A stretch of 64,000 nucleotides of DNA from a virus. Shown in pieces: positions 46,390 through 56,060 of the stretch; within the stretch, counting starts at the first letter, position 1; every line of letters begins with the position of its first letter. Below the pieces are notes generated by a model, which saw only the letters and a list, made by a program, of their open reading frames with translations, was not told the DNA's origin and ran no database searches. The stretch is taken from positions 3,520 through 67,519 of the IMG/VR virus record IMGVR_UViG_3300020173_000008; one strand, 5' to 3'. The position numbers and the translations under genes were made by a program.

Positions 46390-46821
46390 TCAAGTAAAGT
46401 CGATAAATTTATGCAATAAAAATCCAATAACAATAGACCCACCAATTAGAACGTGTCTCCACTTCTCTAGGACACCGACACGGTGTTCAATCTCTCTCTG
46501 AATTTTCTGTATTTCTTTGTTCTGTTCTGCATGTTGTTGTGCTGCAGCAGCCATGATTTCTTTGGTATTCGTAGTGATACGAGAATGTAACTCGTCTATC
46601 TTTGACATCATTTCACTACGACGAACTTCAATCTGTTGTTCTGCACCATAGAGTGCTTCTTCCTGTCTTGCAATCTTCTCTTCATGCACCGCCAACATAC
46701 GGTTAATGGAGTTGGAAACATCGGTAAGTTTCTCAATTGCGATATCTAGACGATCATGAATTTTTCTCTGGTCCTCTAGTTCTTTCTTGAGAAGACGAAC
46801 CTCTGTTTCCAACTCACTCAT
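46390..46821 (-). CDS. Coiled-coil protein with C-terminal TM segment
   Basis: RLDIAIEKLTDVS..MLAVHEEK, LEKWR + hydrophobic tail. Confidence 0.65.
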   Translation of the reverse strand: MSELETEVRLLKKELEDQRKIHDRLDIAIEKLTDVSNSINRMLAVHEEKIARQEEALYGAEQQIEVRRSEMMSKIDELHSRITTNTKEIMAAAAQQHAEQNKEIQKIQREIEHRVGVLEKWRHVLIGGSIVIGFLLHKFIDFT

Positions 46822-46824
46822 AAC

Positions 46825-46995
46825 TTAACCCTCTGACTTAACGAGAGTGATAACACCCCAAGCAATTGCTGCCCAACAAACGAGGTTCATTGGAATAATT
46901 GCTGAGAGGAACAATCCAATCACACCAACAGCGATAAGAGCACCACCGTCCCATGATGTACGTTCCATAATTCTATCTTTAATCCAACCAAACAT
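46825..46995 (-). CDS. Small membrane protein (56 aa, not in the ORF track)
   Basis: MFGWIKDRIMERTSWDGG..., 2 TM segments. Confidence 0.65.
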   Translation of the reverse strand: MFGWIKDRIMERTSWDGGALIAVGVIGLFLSAIIPMNLVCWAAIAWGVITLVKSEG

Positions 46996-46996
46996 T

Positions 46997-47245
46997 TTAC
47001 TTCTCCTTTTCTAGTTCTAAGATTCTTGCCTCCAAATCATCAATCTTCTTAGCAACGTTAGGATATTTTTTTCGCCAGTTGTCTTCATTCTGTAGGACTT
47101 TTAATCCCAATTTTTTAGAGGACCATGATGCTACATCATCTACCTTTTTATAGAACCAGCGTCCTAGTTTGGTATCGGCAAACCAACTATCTGCCGCACT
47201 TCCAATTATGCTACTTGCAATACTACTAATCAGAAAAAACCACAT
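46997..47245 (-). CDS. Hypothetical protein
   Basis: 82 aa, GGAG SD. Confidence 0.6.
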   Translation of the reverse strand: MWFFLISSIASSIIGSAADSWFADTKLGRWFYKKVDDVASWSSKKLGLKVLQNEDNWRKKYPNVAKKIDDLEARILELEKEK

Positions 47246-47273
47246 GTCTTCTATTCTCCACTAATATTTATGG

Positions 47274-48089
47274 TTAATAATAATCCAAGTATGGTAAAAT
47301 TGGTCTTTCACGAGCAGCAGCTGCTATAGGTGACCTATGTACCGCACCCCTGTAAATATAAGTTTCTGGGTCTGCTTCGTGTCTCCAAGGGCCGTAACTT
47401 CCTTTTTCTGCACAATACAAATCGAAATCTCTACCTGTCTTACCCTCACTGACAAATTTTTCATAGGTGCGCCAATACGCGCAATCACGGCACTGTCTTT
47501 TTTTACATGTCGATGTATGACATCTACGAGATAAAACTTTTAACTCATCTGGTAAAAATTCATATTGTTCAAATCTTCCCGTCAAAGTTTTGGCAATTTC
47601 ATCATAATCAAAATCATCACCAGTTGGCACTGGCTCTAAATCAGGAGTCCCCGTTAAATATATGTCAACCTTTGCACTCTCAAGATGTTCTCTAAGCATA
47701 TCATGACAGGAAGAAGCAGTATTTTCTAATGATATACCGACTGATATCGCATCAACGCCAGTCTCTTTAACCCATACAGGATAAGTTTCATATCTTGGTC
47801 TAAGAGCACCAATATTATAAGTTCCTGCTTTAAACCCCTTCCTAATCGGCACCCACTCTTCTTTATATGTCGGTGTCCAGTTAATCTCTTCAAAGACAAA
47901 ATCTCTAGTTTCAGACTTTAAAAAAAGGATAATATCTTTAAGTTTTTTTATTGCAGCATCATTGGTGTCATCTTTTTCAAACTCTTCAGTAGCGTATCTT
48001 GCAACTATTTCACAGTCTGTTTCTGTTAACCATCTCCACATAGTATATGTTGAATTAACTCCACCAGAGAATGGTATCAGTATTTTCAT
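47274..48089 (-). CDS. PP-loop (QueC/adenine nucleotide alpha hydrolase-like) protein
   Basis: ILIPFSGGVNST; Cys cluster C....C....C..C. Confidence 0.6.
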   Translation of the reverse strand: MKILIPFSGGVNSTYTMWRWLTETDCEIVARYATEEFEKDDTNDAAIKKLKDIILFLKSETRDFVFEEINWTPTYKEEWVPIRKGFKAGTYNIGALRPRYETYPVWVKETGVDAISVGISLENTASSCHDMLREHLESAKVDIYLTGTPDLEPVPTGDDFDYDEIAKTLTGRFEQYEFLPDELKVLSRRCHTSTCKKRQCRDCAYWRTYEKFVSEGKTGRDFDLYCAEKGSYGPWRHEADPETYIYRGAVHRSPIAAAARERPILPYLDYY

Positions 48090-48338
48090 AATATTTCACT
48101 CCATTTTATAATTTATCATTTAACCCCAATCTGGGCGTTTAGGTTCTTCTGCACAATTGCAACCACCACATTGACATTCTACACATACAAGTGTGTCACA
48201 ATGACAATCGTGTTCACAAGACTTACACTTTTTTTCTGTATCCTGTTCCATTCGTTCTATCTCTCCATCTCTTGTTCCAAGCCCAACAATTTAGTTTTGA
48301 ACCATATTTCTCACAGAATGCATAAAAACAGTCAAACA

Positions 48339-48821
48339 TTAGTCTTCCTCTCTAGGTATAATTGACCACCTACCAAAGAGTACTACTGAATAGTACGCAG
48401 AATAAATCTTCCACTTTGGAACTGATGGGTCTGCATCTTTCATTGCAGCAAGGAATACCTTGTCTGCTTCCTTCTTTGCTGCCTTGTAAGTATCAACAAC
48501 TTCCTGTGCATTTAAATTCTCAATCAAATCACCAGCCTCTGCCCGATACTGACGAATACGTTTGTAGAGAAGGTCATGAATAATTGCTGCACGGGCAATG
48601 TCCCAAGGTGCAATCAACATCCAACAGATGCGTGGAACAGATGCAAGGTCTGTGACGAAACCTTTCTTACATGTAATCTTTCCATCCTTGGTGACTTGTA
48701 CGCCAACACTCTTGAGACTATCCACATCAAGGTCTGCATTTGTATAACTGAGAGCCCTTTCCAAAATCCACTTGCGTGGTGGATGAAACTCTGCACTGAT
48801 TTTATCGTTAAACTTACCCAT
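48339..48821 (-). CDS. DUF1353-family protein
   Basis: GFVTDLASVPR, AAIIHDLLY, AD.VFL.AM. Confidence 0.85.
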   Translation of the reverse strand: MGKFNDKISAEFHPPRKWILERALSYTNADLDVDSLKSVGVQVTKDGKITCKKGFVTDLASVPRICWMLIAPWDIARAAIIHDLLYKRIRQYRAEAGDLIENLNAQEVVDTYKAAKKEADKVFLAAMKDADPSVPKWKIYSAYYSVVLFGRWSIIPREED

Positions 48822-48832
48822 CGTATTATTCC

Positions 48833-49168
48833 TTATTTTTTAGGTTTTGCGATTGCCTGAGCACCAAAGAATGCTGCGACAATACCAGCGACTGCGATAA
48901 AGTATACTCCTGCCATATCACCAAGAATCTTTGCGGCCTGTTCTAAATTAAACACAGATGCAAGAACCACGATAACTGGATACACTAACATACCCCCTAG
49001 TGAGTACCATGCCATTGTTCTTTGTGCATCTCTCATCGCATCTGCATCTTCAAGTTCTTTGCGTTTGAACTCCAAATACATTTCATGTTCTACTGGGTCA
49101 ACAACTCCATCTCCGTTTGTATCGGCAGGATGGCGTTCTATACTACTTGCTTTGACTTCCTCCGTCAT
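48833..49168 (-). CDS. Holin-like 2-TM protein with EF-hand-like N-terminus
   Basis: DTNGDGVVD; two TM helices; adjacent to the spanins. Confidence 0.5.
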   Translation of the reverse strand: MTEEVKASSIERHPADTNGDGVVDPVEHEMYLEFKRKELEDADAMRDAQRTMAWYSLGGMLVYPVIVVLASVFNLEQAAKILGDMAGVYFIAVAGIVAAFFGAQAIAKPKK

Positions 49169-49532
49169 CGGGTTTCTCCTTTTCTGGGGTCACCGCCTTC
49201 TCATAGTATAGAATGATTTGTTTCTGTTGTTCTATGTATCTCCTAAGTTCTGCAAAATTCAAACTTAGGTTCTCGTAATCCTTTACTGACAGTGCAATAT
49301 AAGAATCTGCACCGTTCTTCTTTTCATACTCTTTAATAAACTCATCGTAGTTCAGTTTTGATACAACGTAAATCTTTACGTCATTTAGTTGAACTTGCTT
49401 GGGGTGCTGCACTATTGGAACTTCCGTCCGTACTGTCTTTGTTACAGTTACTATTTTTGGTTCCGGCCTCCAACTGCACGCCGTTAGGGTTAGTAAGGTC
49501 AGCAAGACAATCCCATAACCTATTGGTCGCAT
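49143..49532 (-). CDS. o-spanin-like lipoprotein
   Basis: Lipobox LTAC; overlaps the 3' end of the i-spanin gene. Confidence 0.65.
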   Translation of the reverse strand: MRPIGYGIVLLTLLTLTACSWRPEPKIVTVTKTVRTEVPIVQHPKQVQLNDVKIYVVSKLNYDEFIKEYEKKNGADSYIALSVKDYENLSLNFAELRRYIEQQKQIILYYEKAVTPEKEKPDDGGSQSK

Positions 49533-49860
49533 TTTGCATCCTCTTTTCTATCAATCCTGGCTTCTTATTTGCCAGATGTGTTAAGTTGTGTTTCTGCAAA
49601 GTTGCACGGAGTTGGTCACCATATCTCTCAGCAGTCTGCAATTCTTTCTGTAATTCTCTATTTATCTCTTCAAATTTCTGTCTGTCTTCAATCATGGTAT
49701 TGATTGTCTCTTCTTGAAGTTTGGTTGCAACCTCTAACTTCGCATTATTCTCAGAGAGAGTTTGAATACGTTGCTGTGTATCCTTGTAGTAATAGTATGC
49801 ACCATACCCCACTCCACCAAGAAGACCTAACACGATTAGTAACATATAAATTTTCAACAT
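49381..49860 (-). CDS. i-spanin (Rz-like)
   Basis: N-terminal TM segment then long coiled coil, KPGLIE. Confidence 0.7.
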   Translation of the reverse strand: MLKIYMLLIVLGLLGGVGYGAYYYYKDTQQRIQTLSENNAKLEVATKLQEETINTMIEDRQKFEEINRELQKELQTAERYGDQLRATLQKHNLTHLANKKPGLIEKRMQNATNRLWDCLADLTNPNGVQLEAGTKNSNCNKDSTDGSSNSAAPQASSTK

Positions 49861-49870
49861 GGTTTTATCC

Positions 49871-50182
49871 TTAGAATGTGGCGTCACCACTGATAAATGG
49901 ACCAATAACTGTTTTTAATGATGTTCCAGCAGAGTTTTTAATATTAGTAGTTGTACCACCAGCATTCAATCCAACTCTAATTTTGATTGTTGTACCACTG
50001 GAGTTTTTGATTAATACTTGTATAGGCGAAGAGGCAGCATCCCCAACACCAATCAACTTTACAGTGCCACCATCATTTATATAAATCTTTTTTGCTGAGG
50101 TATCAACAGCAACCTCACCACTAGTAATATCACTATTGGTTGGTGTTGTTGTTCCCCTCTTTAACTTTATAACAGTTGGCAT
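49871..50182 (-). CDS. Short fibre-associated protein
   Basis: IKLKRG...GEVAVD N-domain shared with the upstream fibre. Confidence 0.6.
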   Translation of the reverse strand: MPTVIKLKRGTTTPTNSDITSGEVAVDTSAKKIYINDGGTVKLIGVGDAASSPIQVLIKNSSGTTIKIRVGLNAGGTTTNIKNSAGTSLKTVIGPFISGDATF

Positions 50183-50193
50183 TTATACTACCC

Positions 50194-52080
50194 TTAGAAC
50201 GTACCACCATCAATCGTTGTTACTGTTACTGCACCACTTGATACTGTGAAGTTGTCTGAACTGAATGAGGCAATACCCTTATTAGAAGTTGATGCATCTT
50301 CACCTGTAATTGTCAGGGTGTTAGATGAGATTGCCGTTACGATACCCTCACCATTCGCAATTGTCAATGTTTCACCAAGTGCAACAGCATCAGATGATGA
50401 ATCACTACCAGTAATAGTAATTGTACTATTTGACAGTGAAGAGTTAGCAATATTACTTAGGGTGTTTGAAGAACCACTAATCGTCTTGTTGGTTAGTGTC
50501 TGAGATGAAGTCAACAGAGCAATTGCAGAAGTGTTACTCAAGTCTGTTGATGCAATCGTAATGTTTGCAGTACCGTCAAAGGACTGACCAGCAATTGTTC
50601 TTGCGGTCTCTAGTGCAGTTGCGGTTGCGGCATTACCAGAAGTGTCCTGTGTACCAGAGGTATTAACACCAGGCAAGTTAATATTACCAGTACCATCGAA
50701 TGACACACCACCGATTGTTCGGGCAGTCTCTAGTGCAGTAGCAGTAGCTGCATTACCTGTGATATCACTGGATGTTAGTGCAACTGTTCCTGTTACATTT
50801 GGTAGAGTAATTGTTCTATCAGCAGTTGGGTCTGTGATGGTTAGAGTTGTTTCGAAATCGTCAGCAGTTGCACCCTCAAATACGATTGCATTTGCGGCGT
50901 TCATTGTAACTGTATCAACAGTCGTTGTAGTTCCTGCAACCTGTAGATTTGGTACAAGTAGAGTTCCTGTACTTGGGTTATAACGCAATGCACCAGTGTC
51001 ATCAAGTAGAGCATTGGACTCGTCATGGAACACAACAGGGAAGTTTGTGTTTGCAGTACTATCTGTAACTGTAACAAGTGCAGCCGTACCACTGGTGTCC
51101 TGTGTACCAGAAGTGTTAACGCCAGGTAGGTTGATGTTACCAGTACCATCGAAGGATACACCACCAATCGTCCGTGCGGTTTCTAGTGCAGTTGCAGTAG
51201 CAGCGTTACCAGAAGTATCCTGTGTACCAGAAGTGTTAACGCCAGGTAGATTGATGTTTGCAGTACCGTTAAAGGATACTCCACCAATTGTTCTGGCAGT
51301 CTCTAGGGCAGTTGCAGTTGCGGCATTACCTGTGATATCATCAGAGGTAAGAGCAAGTGTACCTGTAGATGTAGGTAGAGTTAGTGTTCCTGTGTTACTA
51401 ATTGTACTGATTACAGGAGCAGTAAGTGTCTTATTTGTTAGTGTCTGAGAACCAGTTAGTGTTGCAACTGTGCTATCAATTGCAACAGAAATCTGGTCAT
51501 CTGAGACTGTTGTATCAATACCAGTACCACCAGCAAAAGTTAGTGTACCACCAGTATTGAAAATGTCATCTGAACCACTATCTGCGGCAATTGTAAATGA
51601 ACTAGATGCGGCACTTGCAAAGGATAGTCCACCAGAACCATCTGTTGTTAGAATCTGACCATTTGAACCGTCAGCAGATGGAAGAGTAAATGTTACAGAA
51701 GTGGTGATGTTATTAGGAGCTTTAAGTCCGACAAAGTTTGAACCATTGTCAGTACCTTCATTGATTTTTAAAGTACCACCAGTGGTCGCATTATTACCTA
51801 CAAAGACTTCATCAATGGCCTTGTTACTATCTACGAGAAGTGCAGAAGACGCAGTTAGTGTACCAGCAACGTGGTCTAACTGGTCTATGAAATATTGACC
51901 GCCAATAGCAGTGATGTTATTTGCATCACCATTACCGTCAACACCACCTTCACCGATAAACAGTCTATCACCGTTGTTACCCTGTGTACCAGTTCCGTAG
52001 GTGTATGCTAATTCACCCAGTTTAAGTGTAGCTGGTGCAGAAGTACCTGTACTCCTCTTTATTTGAATTGTAGTTGCCAT
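50194..52080 (-). CDS. Tail/virion fibre protein
   Basis: T/G/S-rich, IQIKRS..GELAY N-domain, QTLTNKT motifs, 40-aa repeats, ends IDGGTF. Confidence 0.8.
   Translation of the reverse strand: MATTIQIKRSTGTSAPATLKLGELAYTYGTGTQGNNGDRLFIGEGGVDGNGDANNITAIGGQYFIDQLDHVAGTLTASSALLVDSNKAIDEVFVGNNATTGGTLKINEGTDNGSNFVGLKAPNNITTSVTFTLPSADGSNGQILTTDGSGGLSFASAASSSFTIAADSGSDDIFNTGGTLTFAGGTGIDTTVSDDQISVAIDSTVATLTGSQTLTNKTLTAPVISTISNTGTLTLPTSTGTLALTSDDITGNAATATALETARTIGGVSFNGTANINLPGVNTSGTQDTSGNAATATALETARTIGGVSFDGTGNINLPGVNTSGTQDTSGTAALVTVTDSTANTNFPVVFHDESNALLDDTGALRYNPSTGTLLVPNLQVAGTTTTVDTVTMNAANAIVFEGATADDFETTLTITDPTADRTITLPNVTGTVALTSSDITGNAATATALETARTIGGVSFDGTGNINLPGVNTSGTQDTSGNAATATALETARTIAGQSFDGTANITIASTDLSNTSAIALLTSSQTLTNKTISGSSNTLSNIANSSLSNSTITITGSDSSSDAVALGETLTIANGEGIVTAISSNTLTITGEDASTSNKGIASFSSDNFTVSSGAVTVTTIDGGTF
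50560..51340 (-). repeat. 120-bp (40-aa) internal repeats in the fibre gene
   Basis: GNAATATALETARTIGGVSF.GT.NINLPGVNTSGTQDTS; tandem at about 51091-51330, again at about 50560-50770. Confidence 0.85.
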
Positions 52081-52095
52081 TTATATGGTCTCCTA

Positions 52096-52410
52096 TTAGA
52101 ACGCACCGCCGTTTAGGGTTAGTGTTCCTGTATTTTCATTTACTTCGTTTCTTGCGACGAATTTAGAGGTTGAGCTATCGTATTGAAGAATAGACCCATT
52201 AGACTTTGCTGTTACATCAACATCAGTCAAATCAGCAAGAGTACTGACAGCAGAACTACCAGTATTCACCCAGTTTCCAGTTCCGGCATCATATGCAAGA
52301 ACTTGATTATCTGATACTGATGTAATAGTAACGTCAGAAACGTCATTAATTACTAAAGCAGTGCCAACATCTCCATATGCAGCTTCACTATATTTTACTG
52401 GATCAGCCAT
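52096..52410 (-). CDS. Short fibre-associated protein
   Basis: L.DL.DV / QVLAYD..G.W repeats; ends LNGGAF. Confidence 0.6.
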   Translation of the reverse strand: MADPVKYSEAAYGDVGTALVINDVSDVTITSVSDNQVLAYDAGTGNWVNTGSSAVSTLADLTDVDVTAKSNGSILQYDSSTSKFVARNEVNENTGTLTLNGGAF

Positions 52411-52424
52411 CTTAAGTATCCTTC

Positions 52425-53864
52425 TTACTTATTCGTTAATATCCAACCTTGAGTACCGTCAGTAAATACCAGTTTAAATGCAGCACGGGCAGTATCGACG
52501 GTAATATTTTGGTTTACTCCGTTAAACAAATTTTCATTACGATCAATAATAATATTGTTCGTATTTGCTGTCCCAGCATAATCAATAATCGCAACTTCAT
52601 CGCCTAGTGCTGGAGCAGCGGGTAGAGTCATGGTAATTGCCTGACTCGTAGTATTTATAAAGTATCCTTCACCAGAAATTGCAGTAAAGTCATCTGTCTT
52701 TACGGCTTGCCATTCGATACCGTTTTGGTTATCACCCTCGGCATCAGCACCACCCCACATTCCAGTTGCGGCACTATATCTTAGATACTTACCATCTACT
52801 CTGGCACTGGTTCGATCAAGATCATCTAACCATTGTAGTTGGGTTTCACCACTACCATAGTCCATTTTACCAAACTGTGTGGCGATACTCTTCTTGAGAA
52901 GATTGAGTTCTTCACGAAGAATGTCTACTTCTGTTTTTGGTTTTACTTCTTGTGCATCAAAAGACTGATCAAATCTGTGTCTGTCGTCATGCAGTTTCTT
53001 GGCAATTCTCGTTGCCATGTTCTCTTCTTCGTATGCCTGAAGAGACTTGTCTGCAAGTTTCATTGCATCATCAACTACACTTGTATTGATACCAAGACGT
53101 TTACTCTGTTCCTTAATCTGATCTTCTTTTGAAGGTCTGTTAATCTCATACTGAATGACTTTGTTTGGTGTCTTAAAGTCCTTCTTACGCATGACTGTCT
53201 TATTGACAACTTCAAACTCACCATTCTTATAGTTGATGACCACTGGAAGATTGATATCAGAGGCAAGGTCTTTGAGGACAACCTCGACATCTGGATTCTG
53301 TCGAATGTCCTTACCCTTGTTCTTCTGAATTTTCTTGAAGAACCTCTGTAGTTCTGCTACCTTGATTTCTGGTTTGTTTCGTTGGTCATTCAGTCGGTCC
53401 ACGAAGTGGCGTGTGAACTCAACATCAATATCGTACTTCTTAAGAATACGGTCAGCAAACTTTTCTAGTCCATCAACGTCTGACTGTGAGAACTTTTCTT
53501 TTACTGGTTCGAAACGTTGAATAAGTCGTTCTCTTGGTTTCTTTGCGTCCTCTGGAATTTCTGAATCAATTAAAACGTTTTCTTTAACCTCTTCAACAAC
53601 CTCTAGAAGTTGTACAGGATCAAAGGATTCAATTATACTCTCAACCTCTACACTATTGTCCTCTGAAACTAAAAACTCAAAGATATTTCTCTTGATGCTT
53701 TTCTTTTCTTCAGCAACGACTTCTTTAAACTTAAACTTGTATTCAGTTGGTTCTACAGGTTTAGTCTCAACAGGAGTCTCAACAACCTCTTCCTTAATAG
53801 GTTGTGGTTTTGGTTCTTCTGGAACATCCGTTAGAAAACTGTAAATATCAAGTTTGTTTTTCAT
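52425..53864 (-). CDS. Multi-domain virion-associated protein
   Basis: Acidic N-terminal part, central FTRHFVDR domain, C-terminal fibre-type domain (GYFINT, TLPAAP..GD.V.IID). Confidence 0.6.
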   Translation of the reverse strand: MKNKLDIYSFLTDVPEEPKPQPIKEEVVETPVETKPVEPTEYKFKFKEVVAEEKKSIKRNIFEFLVSEDNSVEVESIIESFDPVQLLEVVEEVKENVLIDSEIPEDAKKPRERLIQRFEPVKEKFSQSDVDGLEKFADRILKKYDIDVEFTRHFVDRLNDQRNKPEIKVAELQRFFKKIQKNKGKDIRQNPDVEVVLKDLASDINLPVVINYKNGEFEVVNKTVMRKKDFKTPNKVIQYEINRPSKEDQIKEQSKRLGINTSVVDDAMKLADKSLQAYEEENMATRIAKKLHDDRHRFDQSFDAQEVKPKTEVDILREELNLLKKSIATQFGKMDYGSGETQLQWLDDLDRTSARVDGKYLRYSAATGMWGGADAEGDNQNGIEWQAVKTDDFTAISGEGYFINTTSQAITMTLPAAPALGDEVAIIDYAGTANTNNIIIDRNENLFNGVNQNITVDTARAAFKLVFTDGTQGWILTNK

Positions 53865-54421
53865 TAGGTGATATACATGTTAAGTTCATATCTCTTATTA
53901 TCGAGATTAGCAACTTGAATATGTACCCTTTGTTTCTTATCGGTATCTAGGATATAACTGTTAGTCTTACCAGAACTTGGTTTTCTTGGACCACTCGCAA
54001 CCTTGTTATCAATCTCACTAGGTTGTACAGTGTATCCCTTGCTCTTTGCAAACTTGTATGCATGTTGCATGGCACCAGAAAAGGTTTTGTGGTAGAGGTC
54101 ATATCCAGTTGCAGACTTCTGTGCGTTCAGTGCAGCCATTGGTTTTGTGGTGTCGTAACCAGCACCATATGCCATCTCTGAAGTTACCTTCTTGACGAAC
54201 TTAGACTCTTTCTGTGCAGCACGTCTCTCTCTTGCCGCCTCAAGTTTTGCACGATGTTGACGATATGCCTTGGTTCGTGCATCAAAGAGTGCATCTCTCT
54301 TCTTTTTCTTTTTGTCCATAACTGCATCTGGTGGCATAGAAACGTCACCACTGCTTGCGTTATTTGCGGGTGCATCTTCTTCAATTCCAGAATATGGGGA
54401 AACCTCTGTCCAGCGTTTCAT
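53864..54421 (-). CDS. Hypothetical virion-associated protein
   Basis: EEDAPANNA motif; ends YELNMY. Confidence 0.6.
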   Translation of the reverse strand: MKRWTEVSPYSGIEEDAPANNASSGDVSMPPDAVMDKKKKKRDALFDARTKAYRQHRAKLEAARERRAAQKESKFVKKVTSEMAYGAGYDTTKPMAALNAQKSATGYDLYHKTFSGAMQHAYKFAKSKGYTVQPSEIDNKVASGPRKPSSGKTNSYILDTDKKQRVHIQVANLDNKRYELNMYIT

Positions 54422-55038
54422 TTTATGTCCTCCAAACTGACGTATATTTTTTCTTGTGTCTTAACATGAATAATGGGGAAAATCTCTACTCCAAGAACAG
54501 TATCAACAGGTGGTTCATCATCATATGCAATCACCTTGTCTCCTGCCTTTGCAGTAAGTTCTTCCTCTTCATTATTTAGAATATCATTGACTAGTGTGTA
54601 TTCTCCCTTTGGAAGTACCTCACCAAATCCTACAACCTCTTCCATGATGGTGTCATCAATCTCATATCCTTGTTCCTTGAGATACTTCATGAACTCTCTC
54701 TCAAACACATCAGGGTCATCTACCGATTCCTTGAATGTGTCTTTGAGTAGAAACAGGGCAGCAGCATAGGTTCCTAGTCTTGTTCTAAGACCAGGCACCT
54801 TGTCAAATATTTTCTTGATATTGAAAACCAGTTTATGCAGAATGGTATATGCGTTCTTCTCTTCAGATGTGCGAAGAGGCTCTGGTTTTGTCTGTCTCAC
54901 ACCATTCTTGGGCGGAGGCATAACACGATTACCCTTTGCATCAATGATGCCGAGTTTATATGCCTCTGTCTTGTCAAAGGGAGTGACAAGTAATTTTATG
55001 AATCTGTATGTTACAAATAAGTCTATCGCTCTACCCAT
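54418..55038 (-). CDS. Conserved T4-like hypothetical protein
   Basis: YRFIKLLVTPF, AYKLGIID..G, HKLVFNIK, YAAALFLLK. Confidence 0.75.
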   Translation of the reverse strand: MGRAIDLFVTYRFIKLLVTPFDKTEAYKLGIIDAKGNRVMPPPKNGVRQTKPEPLRTSEEKNAYTILHKLVFNIKKIFDKVPGLRTRLGTYAAALFLLKDTFKESVDDPDVFEREFMKYLKEQGYEIDDTIMEEVVGFGEVLPKGEYTLVNDILNNEEEELTAKAGDKVIAYDDEPPVDTVLGVEIFPIIHVKTQEKIYVSLEDIK

Positions 55039-55403
55039 TAAACTCGTTTCCTTAATATTTCTAATACATGTGGATCAGTTTCGATACTCTTCAACTCATC
55101 CTCTCTAATCATATTTAGAAATATTAGGAAAGACTTTAATGCGTTAAGATATTCCTTCTGAGTTTTAAAGAGTAGTAGTGTCACACATGCGTCATTACCA
55201 AATAGGTTTCTCAATATAATAATGTGGTTGAGAAGTAACCTCTCCTTCAATATATTCGTAGTATTATACTTTTTCAGAAGACGTTTAATATACTTAAACC
55301 TCTTCATATCATCATGAAACTCTTTTTCGCCTTCACACTGAGGATTTTCATAATGTCTTATTGCATACATCATGAAATTGTCTTGGGTTATCTTCTCATA
55401 CAT
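55038..55403 (-). CDS. Conserved T4-like hypothetical protein
   Basis: YA..HY.NP.C, EF..D.KRFKYIKRL, ERL.LNHII.L.N.FG. Confidence 0.75.
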   Translation of the reverse strand: MYEKITQDNFMMYAIRHYENPQCEGEKEFHDDMKRFKYIKRLLKKYNTTNILKERLLLNHIIILRNLFGNDACVTLLLFKTQKEYLNALKSFLIFLNMIREDELKSIETDPHVLEILRKRV

Positions 55404-55405
55404 TC

Positions 55406-55846
55406 TTATTTAACTGAAGCAGTTAACTTATATGAATTTCCTTCAGCCATTTCGTAACCAATAACTAGTGTAAGACCACCTTCTTTGACATGAGAAATAC
55501 CATCGTCTTCCTCAAACTCATCAAAGGGTGTATCTGTACTCTTACCAAATCGACCCGCACCGACACTCAAAGGTAACTCAAAAGAACCACTTTCACCTTC
55601 CATTACTGGCACCTCACCAAAGGTGAGTTGGATTTTACTAAGACTATTTCTTAGAACTCCAATTGCTTGTTCTGGGAAAATATGTTTATCACAGATTGTT
55701 CCCACAAAAGAATTTAGTGCGCGAATAACTGCGGGATTTGTGTAGTCTTGCATGTTAAGGTTAGTTGCAGCATCGGCAGTTGGACCACCTGATAGTCTAC
55801 CATGACCTTCTGTTACGACTTTCTTAAATCTTTTCATTTTAGTCAT
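55406..55846 (-). CDS. Hypothetical protein
   Basis: 146 aa; N-terminus MKRFKKVVTE. Confidence 0.6.
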   Translation of the reverse strand: MTKMKRFKKVVTEGHGRLSGGPTADAATNLNMQDYTNPAVIRALNSFVGTICDKHIFPEQAIGVLRNSLSKIQLTFGEVPVMEGESGSFELPLSVGAGRFGKSTDTPFDEFEEDDGISHVKEGGLTLVIGYEMAEGNSYKLTASVK

Positions 55847-56009
55847 CCTTGGGTTCTACATCTGAAGGGAGAGTATCAGTAACTCTTTCCTCTAGAATTT
55901 GAACCTTCTTTGTTGTTTTCTTGGGTGCGGGTTTCTTTTCTACCTGTGGGGTAACTGTCTCAATGAGAGCACCACCAGCACCGTATCTTTTACCATCATC
56001 TCTTGCCAT
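55839..56009 (-). CDS. Small hypothetical protein
   Basis: MARDDGKRYG..., GGAG SD. Confidence 0.5.
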   Translation of the reverse strand: MARDDGKRYGAGGALIETVTPQVEKKPAPKKTTKKVQILEERVTDTLPSDVEPKDD

Positions 56010-56024
56010 AATTGTCTCCAAATA

Positions 56025-56053
56025 TGGGTGGGGGGACGAACCCCCCACACCAA
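56025..56053 (-). terminator. GC-rich hairpin after 56061-56537
   Basis: GTGGGGGG-TTCGT-CCCCCCAC stem-loop. Confidence 0.55.
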
Positions 56054-56060
56054 ATTAATA

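Noticed and set aside
50560-51340. Fibre-gene repeats as DGR template/variable repeats
   Set aside because: The repeats are in-frame, differ mainly at synonymous positions rather than adenines only, and there is no reverse transcriptase in the window.
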